Below, piece after piece: positions 9,850 through 18,674 of a DNA stretch of 32,000 nt (position 1 is its first letter; each line of letters opens with the position of its first letter). Under the pieces are notes generated by a model. It ran no database searches, was not told where the DNA came from, and worked only from the letters and a program-made list of their open reading frames with translations. The stretch is from Cyanobacterium sp. uoEpiScrs1. Lineage in GTDB: Bacteria > Cyanobacteriota > Cyanobacteriia > Cyanobacteriales > Microcystaceae. A program made the position numbers and the translations under genes. The DNA is taken from assembly GCF_947331815.1 (NCBI RefSeq), contig NZ_OX373462.1, positions 2,337,362 to 2,369,361 of the forward strand, given 5' to 3'.

Positions 9850-11064
9850 ATGTTATCTTCTGACTTATTAATTTATCGTCACAGTGGTGGATCTATAGTT
9901 CCTAAAAAATTGCCTTTAGATTGTAATGCGTTAACCATTGCTTCTAAACACATTAATTGTTTTCAAGAGAATCTAGGAAGTACCCAAGAGCAATTAAATC
10001 AAAAGCTGTTGGAATTAGAAGGAGATAACCCGAATTATAGAATTAAACGAGGGTTAGCCCATCTGTTAAGAAATAACTTTTCAACCTTTGAAATTGTCAG
10101 CCCACTCGAACCTCAACAACTACGACAACGTGTTTTTAGTCGTGCGGCTAAGTCTCTTCCTATTCCCACTAACCGTTTTTATCTGTTAGATCAAATTGCC
10201 AGTTTATTAAGTAAGGAACTAAATCGTTCAATCTTACCTAGTGAAATTGAGCAGGGACTTTATGCCGACTTACAAGAAAATCGTATTCTAACTGATTTTG
10301 TGTCTCCAACTCCAGAAGAATTAATTCACCGCTACAATTTATCACAGGTTCAAGGGATTTTCTATCGTTCTAGCCACATTACAATTAATGTCCATCGCAA
10401 TGATCCTGGAGAGTATAAATTATTGTTTCGTTATCTTAAATTGTTTCAATTGATGGCTTATATCGAAGGAGATGCAGACACGGGATTTACTATTACAATG
10501 GATGGTCCAGCAAGTTTATTTAAAGTTAGTACTCGTTATGGATTAGCTTTAGCTAAAATGATTCCGGCTTTACTCTATGTTAGTAGGTGGAGTCTTGAAA
10601 CTGAATTGCAAATTAAGGATAGTTATACTGGCGGGATAAAAATTAGTCATTTTGGTTTAAATGATTGCTGTGGTTTAGTAAGTCATTATCCTAAAGGCAA
10701 AATTTATGATAGTATGCTGGAGGAGTCCTTTGCTAAACGATGGGTAAAGTTGAAAACCCAATGGCGATTGGAAAGAGAAGTAGATTTGGTACCTCTGCCT
10801 GGAAGTGTAATGATACCCGACTTTCGTTTAGTACACCCTGACGGGAGAGATATTTTGTTAGAGATTATTGGGTATTGGCGACCAGAATACTTACAAAAAA
10901 AATTTTATCAAATTCGGAGTTCTAATCTAGATAATCTTATAATAGCTATTTCTGAAAGATTGAATCTAGAAAAAGCAGGGGTTAAGTTCAAAAATATTTC
11001 TGCAAGGGTTGTTTGGTTCAAAGACAAGTTAAATCCTAAAGATGTTTTAGGCTTATTGGAATGA
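9850..11064 (+). CDS. DUF790 family protein (Bax1-type nuclease, the usual partner of XPB-like helicases)
   Basis: 404 aa. N-terminus MLSSDLLIYRHSGGSIVPKKL and C-terminal nuclease-like block PDFRLVHPDGRDILLEIIGYWRPEYLQKK match my memory of DUF790/Bax1. Confidence 0.7.
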   Translation: MLSSDLLIYRHSGGSIVPKKLPLDCNALTIASKHINCFQENLGSTQEQLNQKLLELEGDNPNYRIKRGLAHLLRNNFSTFEIVSPLEPQQLRQRVFSRAAKSLPIPTNRFYLLDQIASLLSKELNRSILPSEIEQGLYADLQENRILTDFVSPTPEELIHRYNLSQVQGIFYRSSHITINVHRNDPGEYKLLFRYLKLFQLMAYIEGDADTGFTITMDGPASLFKVSTRYGLALAKMIPALLYVSRWSLETELQIKDSYTGGIKISHFGLNDCCGLVSHYPKGKIYDSMLEESFAKRWVKLKTQWRLEREVDLVPLPGSVMIPDFRLVHPDGRDILLEIIGYWRPEYLQKKFYQIRSSNLDNLIIAISERLNLEKAGVKFKNISARVVWFKDKLNPKDVLGLLE

Positions 11065-11360
11065 CCTAATGAATATTCTATCTATATAAAACTATTTCAT
11101 TACGGCTTCATTCTAAAAAAGGTAAAAACTTGATACAGTAAACTTCTTTCTTTTAAAGGAGTTAGTTGACAAATTGGAAGTCTGAGCATATAGTTTTTTT
11201 CCAAAAAGGGTCTTTAGGAAAAGAATTTTGTATTTTCCAGCCAACCCTAATTAATGACAGGAATCAAATCAAAACAAGAAACGCAAAGCTACTAAGAGCT
11301 ACTCTACTCAGAGAAAAAATAAAAGTTGTAGCCTCCATTTGACGCATGTTAAGTACTTAA

Positions 11361-11741
11361 TTACCAACGCCAAACTTGTTGATATTGTTCGAATAAATTA
11401 GGTAGATCTCGACGAGACAATTTTTGAAGCCCACTAAGTAATTTCGCTTCAGGAATACCTCTTTGGGCAAGATCTTCTGCGATCGCATATACTTTAAAAC
11501 CACTATCAAGAGCTTGTTGTAAATCCTGATCAATTTTTGCTGGACAAGTTTGTTGCCAAGAACCTAAAGTCAATCCCTCATTCCCCTGTTTATTAACAGC
11601 ATAATTAACCGCATTCCCTCGTAACAAAATGTCGACTTCCCCACCAGCTGTTTTTAAAACTTGAACTATCCAAATAGCTGGATCATCTTGTTCTTCAACA
11701 ATACAACGATAAGCTGATTCAATGATTTGTAATGCCTTCAT
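11361..11741 (-). CDS. DsrE/DsrF-like family protein (127 aa), third gene of a Dsr/Tus-like trio
   Basis: Blocks DILLRGNAVNYAV and VYAIAEDLAQRGI parallel the TusC/DsrF blocks. I prefer the start at Met15 of the ORF (ATG at 11741) because AAGGAG lies 8 nt upstream. Confidence 0.55.
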   Translation of the reverse strand: MKALQIIESAYRCIVEEQDDPAIWIVQVLKTAGGEVDILLRGNAVNYAVNKQGNEGLTLGSWQQTCPAKIDQDLQQALDSGFKVYAIAEDLAQRGIPEAKLLSGLQKLSRRDLPNLFEQYQQVWRW

Positions 11742-11814
11742 AGTTAATGCTCCTTCAAGATTCAGAAGAGTTTTATTCCTCACCTTACTAAAACTATTTC
11801 AAATAGATTTTAGC

Positions 11815-12225
11815 TTATTTTGTACCGATAACTAATGTTGACGTAGACTCGACAGCCCATTGCCAAAAATCCTTTGGTGCACCACGGCGACACCCTTCGA
11901 TCGCTTCTTGTACACCTCTTTCATCAACACAAAGACCGCAATTAATCCAATCAAATTTACAGCCCTTATTTTGTGCTTTTGCTTGCATTGCTGCTACCCA
12001 ATCTTTAGTTAATGGGTGATTTTCTTCCTCAAAAGTACGTCCATGAATACTGTTAGCGTGGGGTCTCTGATGAGAAAAAGCCAAGGAAACTGCTCCTTCA
12101 TAAGCAAAAACATTAACGTTGTAACCTTTTTCTAAGGCTGCATCCATTAGCCGGAAAGCGGTAGTTGTTCTCGCTTGTTCAAACGGCCCATCCATCAAGA
12201 GAAACGTAATGGTTGTTGTACTCAT
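11815..12225 (-). CDS. DsrE/TusD-like sulfurtransferase family protein (136 aa)
   Basis: N-terminal ITFLLMDGP and C-terminal INCGLCVDERGV resemble the TusD/DsrE active-site block ICVAAALRRGV. Four clustered cysteines: C89, C96, C99 and C112. Confidence 0.65.
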   Translation of the reverse strand: MSTTTITFLLMDGPFEQARTTTAFRLMDAALEKGYNVNVFAYEGAVSLAFSHQRPHANSIHGRTFEEENHPLTKDWVAAMQAKAQNKGCKFDWINCGLCVDERGVQEAIEGCRRGAPKDFWQWAVESTSTLVIGTK

Positions 12226-12242
12226 TTTTTTTATTACTAATA

Positions 12243-12258
12243 AACGCTAGAACGCTAG
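12243..12258. repeat. Perfect tandem duplication, 8 bp x2 (aacgctag)
   Basis: aacgctag at 12243-12250 and 12251-12258, in the intercistronic gap of the Dsr-like cluster. Confidence 0.9.
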
Positions 12259-12261
12259 TCA

Positions 12262-12318
12262 GTGGTTATAAGTCGATGGTCATAGTCCATTGCCTTACAA
12301 CCATCGACTTATAACCAC
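12262..12318 (-). repeat. Perfect 19-bp stem / 19-nt loop hairpin spanning the stop codon of the first Dsr-like gene
   Basis: gtggttataagtcgatggt (12262-12280) and accatcgacttataaccac (12300-12318) are exact reverse complements. The stop codon of the 12309..12629 gene lies inside the right arm. Confidence 0.9.
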
Positions 12319-12629
12319 AAAGTTTTTTGCCCTTGTCCCATGGCATCAGCTACTGAAGATATGTTAGAAACCTGAATACTGTAATTCACTTCGGAAGATT
12401 CAATTCCTCTTTCTTCGAGGGAAAATTTATCTGCTAAGATTTTGACTAAACTCAGGTTGGCTAACTCAGGGGGAATAATACTTGAACGAGTAGCTAATAC
12501 ACCATTTTCTACCAAAAATAAAGTTACCTCGTGTCCTGATTCAGCTAGATCAGATGCCAACTGATAATCATACATCACTTCTGTAGACTCAAAAGGACTT
12601 TTTGACTCAATTAAAAAATATTGACTCAT
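12309..12629 (-). CDS. DsrE/DsrH-like small protein (106 aa), first gene of the trio
   Basis: Blocks VTLFLVENGVLA and ILADKFSLEERGI follow the DsrE/F/H fold pattern. It has no cysteine. It is on the same strand as, and directly upstream of, the DsrE-like gene. Confidence 0.5.
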   Translation of the reverse strand: MSQYFLIESKSPFESTEVMYDYQLASDLAESGHEVTLFLVENGVLATRSSIIPPELANLSLVKILADKFSLEERGIESSEVNYSIQVSNISSVADAMGQGQKTLWL

Positions 12630-13120
12630 GGACTCTTATTGAAAGACTATAGTTTTCGACTATACATAACAATAAGTTTAGATCCGATTCCTTCAGACTA
12701 AATTTAAGGCTTTCTTTAAGAGTAACTTGGTAGACTTAAAGAAAGTCTTAAATAGAAAAGTAATTATAAAAGAGTAACTACTATATACCAAACTAAAAAT
12801 TTAGCTAACATAATCATAAGGGTAAGTCTCCTCAATAAGGAATCAATACAATAATTGTTCTTTATACTTATTTACTGTAAACAACTAGATTAGTTAAATC
12901 TAAACCTAAAGAATAAAAATAATTGTATCCATTTACTCAACTAACTTATGATCTATAACCAGATATAATATAAAGAAAAGCAGAGTAAATTATAAGTATA
13001 AAGCTCAATAAAATAGATACAAATATCTGAATATAAATATGACTTTTTTAAAACACATAAAAAATACTTACAAAACAGGCTCTTTTTTGCAAAAAAATGT
13101 AAATAAATCTCTCTCTATGA

Positions 13121-14524
13121 TCAATTTGATTGAGATGAGATATGTTTAAACAAATAAACTTGCTTTTTTTTATAAGTTAATTCAAACTCCGGAATTTTTT
13201 TAATTCTTTCTACTAGGGTATCAATCAACTCTGGTGAACTATTCCAACCGGGATGAAGCTTATTCAGCAATATATCATCAAATTGTTGAAGATTAATGTT
13301 TTGTGAACCCTCAATTGCTAACTCAACTTTAGCCCTATGGGTAACATGGGGAGCAATATTAGCTGAGGTTAATATATCCCCCTCTTTTGTTACTTGGGTT
13401 AATGCTGCTCTGGTTGCTGACCAAGTATCTATAGATTCAAGATAACGAGAAGTAAAATAACCTACTTTAGCTAAAGCAAAAAAAGTTACCAATGACCATA
13501 CAATAATATGTTTAGGTTTTTGTATCCATCCTTGCCCTGTACTTAAAGATAAAATTACTACTAAGATTAGAAATGGTAAAATTGGGAGTGAATACTGATG
13601 TAATAAATCTTTTTGTTCTTTATTTTCAGTCAATAAATTTAAAAATAAAATAGGAAAAGCACTAATTAACGGAAAAAAATGTTTAGGAACTAATCCCCAA
13701 ATCAAAGGGCATAAAAGCAATAACAAATATTCTAAATTATCCAAAGTTAAAAGATGACTTAAGACAATTTGTGGTTTCAAAAAAAGGTTCAAGATAATCT
13801 CTGGTAGAGACACTCCTAAAAAATCATATCTAGCAACAGCAGCCACCTGTTCTCCACTAAATTGAGGGATAATTATTTTAGTTGCTAAGATAAACCAACC
13901 TATACCTAATCCCAAGGAAATAAGCCCAAATTTTATGTTTTTCTCTCCTAAAATTAACCATACTCCCATTGCCGCTATAGTTAAAGACAAGGCATCTCGA
14001 CAACTTAAAATAAAAATTAGTGCTAGAACAAACGTAAAAATATTGTTTTTCTTTGCTGATAATAATGCCCAAAAAAAAGCAGGCAATGTCAATGTCTCGG
14101 GATGAAAATCAAATAAATTTAGGTTAAAAATTATGGGATATAGAATATAAGAAACTGCGACTGCTATTGCTGATTTTTCGTTCAAATTTGCATATCTTGC
14201 CAACTGCCACACGGGTAATACACCCAAAGAAAGTGCAATTGCTTGTAGCCCAAATAACCAATAAACACTAGGGTGAATTTTATATAATCCAGCAATTACA
14301 TAAAGAATAAATGCAGCGTGATCTCCCAATATATGTATACCCCGTAAGGAAACAAAAGGAGTTTTTCCTTGACTAATTAAATAAATGCCATTATCAAAAA
14401 TCGCTAAATCATAAGCAGTAGATTGGAATAAAATATGTCTTACACTACTACAAGTAAATAAAATAAGTATACTCACTATTACTATAATCGTCGCAGAATG
14501 GCAATTAAAGTTGTTCCGGTTCAT
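13121..14524 (-). CDS. DUF2079-type polytopic membrane protein (467 aa)
   Basis: At least 10 predicted hydrophobic helices. The N-terminal block YDLAIFDNGIYLISQGKTPFVSLRGIHILGDHAAFILY matches my memory of DUF2079. Confidence 0.65.
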   Translation of the reverse strand: MNRNNFNCHSATIIVIVSILILFTCSSVRHILFQSTAYDLAIFDNGIYLISQGKTPFVSLRGIHILGDHAAFILYVIAGLYKIHPSVYWLFGLQAIALSLGVLPVWQLARYANLNEKSAIAVAVSYILYPIIFNLNLFDFHPETLTLPAFFWALLSAKKNNIFTFVLALIFILSCRDALSLTIAAMGVWLILGEKNIKFGLISLGLGIGWFILATKIIIPQFSGEQVAAVARYDFLGVSLPEIILNLFLKPQIVLSHLLTLDNLEYLLLLLCPLIWGLVPKHFFPLISAFPILFLNLLTENKEQKDLLHQYSLPILPFLILVVILSLSTGQGWIQKPKHIIVWSLVTFFALAKVGYFTSRYLESIDTWSATRAALTQVTKEGDILTSANIAPHVTHRAKVELAIEGSQNINLQQFDDILLNKLHPGWNSSPELIDTLVERIKKIPEFELTYKKKQVYLFKHISSQSN

Positions 14525-15146
14525 CTCTATAATTTTTCCTCTACTAGAAATAAAAATAATTATTTAAACTAATAATTGCAATGCTTTTGCAGACAAAATT
14601 TAATTCAGTGTTTGAGTCTAACTTCATATTATTGATTTATAAACTATATTTGTTATAAGTACACGATACACTGAGATTAGCAAGTTCCGGCAAAACTACT
14701 ATATCAAGATTCCTTAACCATTAACTATAATTTGTTATTGAGTTGAGAAACAACTATCATACTTACATGATCTTCCCGGAAAATTATATTTAAAACTTCT
14801 CTCTTGTAGGAGAATCTTGTGGTACAATTTCACTCTAGTAAGGTAAGAATATATAAAAAACCCTACTCAAACATAGTAAAGACAGTTAGGAAAATAACCG
14901 GACAGGAAAACAACCGGATTTTCGGCTACAGTACAGAGTATTCTTTAAACTGAGAAGCTAACTAAACTAAATGACTGAAAACGCTTATGCCTATGGTCAA
15001 CTGATACAAAAGTGGAAATACCTAAATGATACGAATAGTTAGGTGGTTCTTATCCACAAGTCCGGGTAATTATACTCCCTGCAAGTGTCAGAAAGTGTAA
15101 GATATCTATACATTTAAATGTATTAACAGTTTTTAATCGTCCCTAT

Positions 15147-16487
15147 ATGCTAAATATTAAAAAGATTGCCGAATACGCTCAATTAAGTGCGAAAGAATTG
15201 GGAATTAAGAAATATGACATTTATGGTTCATCCATCGATGATACCAGCGTTGAAGTAGATGGTGGTGAACCCAAACAAGTTCAAGCATCAAATCGGTCAA
15301 GCGTTATTGTTCGTGTTTGGAATAAACAAAAAACAGTTGGGGTGGCAACCACTACAGATCTAGATAATGAAGGAATTAAATTAGCTTTAGAAACAGCTAG
15401 AGAAGCGAGTGTATTTGGCAATGAGAATAACACTCCCGAGTTCAGTCCAGAAGCAAAAAAACCAACTGCTAAGTTATCCCGTAGTTTGACGAATGCAGCA
15501 CCCATTCCTACCCTTGTAGACATTTTAATTAAAACTGAGAAAAAACTTTTAGAAGCACATCAAGCTATTACAGGAGTTCCCTATAATGGGTTGTCTCAGG
15601 AAAATGTAATGCGGTTCTACCTCAACAGTGAGGGAGCTGTTCGTCAAGAAGAAGGGTCTTATTCTTCTATTTACCTCTACAGTCGTACCGAAGAAGAAGG
15701 TAAAAAACCGCGAGGAGCTAGTTCAGTTAAAATTAGTCATAGTTTGTCAGATTTAGATGTTGATGGCTGTTTAAAAGAAGTAATTGAGAAGACAATTAGT
15801 CACATAAATTATCAATCTATTCCCTCTGGAAAATATAGAGTTATTCTTTCTCCCACATCATTTTTAAGTTTAGTTGGTGCTTTTTCTAATATTTTTAACG
15901 CTCAAAATATTTTAGATAATCAAAGTCTTTCTACCCGAGATTCTCTCGGTACTGAGATTGCCTCTCCTCTCCTGTGCTTATGTGATGATGCTCTTCATCC
16001 TGATAGTATTGTAACGGAAACTTTTGACGGAGAAGGAACTCCCACTCGTCGTGTGGAATTAATTGCTAATGGAATACTGTCGGGTTTATTGCACAGTACT
16101 GGAACCGCAAAACAGATGAATGCAAAACCCACAGGGCATGCAAATATTGGCTCAAAAGTTACAGTTAGCTCTCATTTTTATCATGTTTTTGCTTCAGAAA
16201 AACAAGCTCAGAAGTTGAGTCTAGAAGAATCGGACGGAATCATTTTAATTGATCGTTTACAAGCTCTTCATGCGGGGGTTAATTCCTTACAAGGCTCATT
16301 TTCTCTGCCATTTGATGGTTGGTTTGTCAATAAAGGAAAATTGACCAGTATTGATGCAGCAACAGTAGCTGGCGATATACAAGATGTATTGAAATCAATT
16401 ATCTATATTGAGTCTAAGGCGGAAGTTCTTCCTGGAGGGATTTGCCCGCGAGTTTGGATCGATGAATTGTCTATCACTGGAGAATAA
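15147..16487 (+). CDS. TldD/PmbA family metalloprotease-like protein
   Basis: 446 aa. N-terminal YDIYGSSIDDTSVEVDGGEP and C-terminal GSFSLPFDGWFVNKGK blocks are typical of the PmbA/TldD family. Confidence 0.8.
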   Translation: MLNIKKIAEYAQLSAKELGIKKYDIYGSSIDDTSVEVDGGEPKQVQASNRSSVIVRVWNKQKTVGVATTTDLDNEGIKLALETAREASVFGNENNTPEFSPEAKKPTAKLSRSLTNAAPIPTLVDILIKTEKKLLEAHQAITGVPYNGLSQENVMRFYLNSEGAVRQEEGSYSSIYLYSRTEEEGKKPRGASSVKISHSLSDLDVDGCLKEVIEKTISHINYQSIPSGKYRVILSPTSFLSLVGAFSNIFNAQNILDNQSLSTRDSLGTEIASPLLCLCDDALHPDSIVTETFDGEGTPTRRVELIANGILSGLLHSTGTAKQMNAKPTGHANIGSKVTVSSHFYHVFASEKQAQKLSLEESDGIILIDRLQALHAGVNSLQGSFSLPFDGWFVNKGKLTSIDAATVAGDIQDVLKSIIYIESKAEVLPGGICPRVWIDELSITGE

Positions 16488-17230
16488 TGTATCGGCTTTT
16501 ACTATAAGAGACTGTTCATATGTCGAACATTAGGTTAAATGAAATAGAGCTTAATCTCCAGAACTAGAGTTAACTAAAGGATTATAAGTGTCAGGAAATC
16601 AACGTTGATGGACTTTTTATGGAGAAGCTCTTACTGAATTATTCTATTATCTTTAATAACATGAAAAGTTAGTCAACAGTAATGAGTGAGATTACATGTA
16701 GTTTTTTAAAATAAAATTGCTAACAAAATCGATTTTAGAAAATAGTAAAAGCAATAAAATAAGTCTCTCTTACATAAGATTAAATATCTTTTTCTTAAAA
16801 AGAATAGATTAAGATTAAATATCAGGACTGTTTAAGTTAACTAATTAATGGCTAAAAATCATACAAAAATTAGTATATACCAGGTTGAGATGTTAGATTG
16901 GCATGAACTATTGTCTATGCTAACTGAGAAATAGTAGACAGCACTAATGGTAAATAAAAAATGTCCTTAACTAGTCTTAGATTGTGTATTGATATAACCA
17001 TTAATCCCATGAAGCTTATGGGAAACCGTTAGGTTTAGTGAAAGTAAACCAAGAAATACCGTTTCTTCTGTTAGAGAATTAATTTTAAGATGGGTGGTCA
17101 ATTGACAATCTATAACTCCAAAGATCTGATTAGATCAAAATCAACTTTCTGAAGTTTTTGGAACGTCTATAAAATTAAGACTTTCAATTTCAATTAATTA
17201 TATATCCCAGCTAGCCTAGAACTATTAGAG

Positions 17231-17572
17231 TTAATTACTATTTGAATCATAAGTAGGTTCAAATAATTCTTGTTGTAATTTTCTTTGTTGGATCAGTTTA
17301 AACTCTTGAGCAGCTTTATTAAGATTATTATTTGTATCTTCAGCAAAGTCACCGGCATTACGACTTCGTTCTAAATTAGAACGATGCATTAAATTCATTG
17401 GATTAAAAATATTACCAAGCTCCCCAGCGGGATCTTGTTCCCTATTTTGATAACCATTTTCTTCGTCAATAACATCAATGGGCTGGGCTAACATTACCCG
17501 AGGGATTCCACTTATTAATCCTAAACTAATTAGAATAGAAGACAATTGTCTCAAAGGCATCTTAATAGACAT
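17231..17572 (-). CDS. Small secreted protein (113 aa), hypothetical
   Basis: Signal-peptide-like N-terminus (LSSILISLGLISGIPRVMLAQP) followed by a polar, probably disordered region. AGGAG lies 12 nt upstream of the ATG. The gene is 57 bp downstream of the ABC-2 permease on the same strand. Confidence 0.5.
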   Translation of the reverse strand: MSIKMPLRQLSSILISLGLISGIPRVMLAQPIDVIDEENGYQNREQDPAGELGNIFNPMNLMHRSNLERSRNAGDFAEDTNNNLNKAAQEFKLIQQRKLQQELFEPTYDSNSN

Positions 17573-17629
17573 TATTAATACTCACTCCTGTATACAATCA
17601 AACATTAGACATTTCCAATTGACATTTTT

Positions 17630-18541
17630 CTAAGCAAAACGGCGACTTAATAAGGGTTGAATTGCGACTAAGATAAACGCATTGAAGGCTAACAAAAGAA
17701 GTAAAGCAAATCCAAAACTCAGATCTACCCAAGGGGTTTGTAGTACCAAGCTACTCAAAGACCAATCTTCATTAAGGTAAATATAACGAATCGGTTCAAT
17801 GGCATAGGTAAGAGGATTTAAACTGACGATAATTTGTAACCATTTAGCCATAAATGACAAAGGAGCTAAAGCAGTACTCGCAAATAATAAAGGTAAATTC
17901 GTTACGAAAATAACTGCGATCAATTCTATATGACCTGGTAAAGCAAAAGCTAGTCCCAGACTTAATCCCGTTACTCCTAAGACAATAGAAAAGACAATGA
18001 AGGAAATAACACTTAATCCAACTGCACTTGGTAGACTAGCTCCTAAAATAGTACTAGCGCCCACAATAACTGCCGTTTGAATTAAACTCAAGACAATAAT
18101 GTATATAGTGGAAGCGGCTACAATCGAATAACGAGAAGCTAGTGGGGCAACTAGTAAACGATTGAGAAAACCAAATTCTCGGTCAAACATCACAGGTAAT
18201 CCTGCATTCAATGCACCGGAAAAAGCAGTAAAAACTATAATACCGGGGGTAAGGAACTTAGCATAATTGAGTTCTCCTTCAAATAACCCTTGGGGTGCAT
18301 TGTAAAACAACGCACCAAACAAAACTAACCACATAAACGGCTGAATAATACCAGCAATTAAGGTTGATGGACGACGTTGCAGTTGAATGAATAGACGCTT
18401 TGTCATAGCAAAGGTTTCTTGAACAAACTCACTGAGAATATTTCTATCTTCATCTATGGGGATTGTTTTTTGTTTGTTAGGAGATAAAGAAGACTCTACC
18501 TTGGAAGGGATCATAGTTTTACCCATATTATTATTCCTCAT
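17630..18541 (-). CDS. ABC-2 type transporter permease
   Basis: Six hydrophobic segments, ABC-2 membrane topology and adjacency to a DrrA/CcmA-like ATPase. The start may instead be Met6 (18526), which follows GAGGA. Confidence 0.85.
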   Translation of the reverse strand: MRNNNMGKTMIPSKVESSLSPNKQKTIPIDEDRNILSEFVQETFAMTKRLFIQLQRRPSTLIAGIIQPFMWLVLFGALFYNAPQGLFEGELNYAKFLTPGIIVFTAFSGALNAGLPVMFDREFGFLNRLLVAPLASRYSIVAASTIYIIVLSLIQTAVIVGASTILGASLPSAVGLSVISFIVFSIVLGVTGLSLGLAFALPGHIELIAVIFVTNLPLLFASTALAPLSFMAKWLQIIVSLNPLTYAIEPIRYIYLNEDWSLSSLVLQTPWVDLSFGFALLLLLAFNAFILVAIQPLLSRRFA

Positions 18542-18674
18542 TGAGCATAATATATTGACATTGATTTGCAGCTATAAATTGAATTACTTATTTTCTCTCA
18601 TCTGTTATCTGTTTTAATGAGCAAGTAAACTTAAATCCAAGGTTAACAATGTCTACCCTAAAATTAGGATAACT

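Noticed and set aside
11479-11486. Single HIP1 octamer GCGATCGC
   Set aside because: This is a known cyanobacterial hyper-abundant palindrome, but only one full copy occurs in this window, inside a coding region. It is not a feature in itself.
12710-12745. Inverted repeat ctttctttaag ... cttaaagaaag (11 bp, 14-nt loop) upstream of the Dsr-like cluster
   Set aside because: The stem is short and AT-rich, has no adjoining T-tract, and is 375 bp from the nearest gene end. It is not distinguishable from chance.
13878-14072. 64-aa ORF on the minus strand
   Set aside because: It is in an alternative frame on the same strand inside the DUF2079 membrane protein gene, so it is an AT-rich frame artefact.
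15058-15066. aagtccggg, which matches the conserved RNase P RNA core motif (GAAAGUCCGGGCU)
   Set aside because: Only 9 nt match. The flanking sequence lacks the remaining conserved RNase P elements and helices, so this is a chance match.
15281-15523. 80-aa ORF on the minus strand
   Set aside because: It is antisense inside the TldD/PmbA-family gene.
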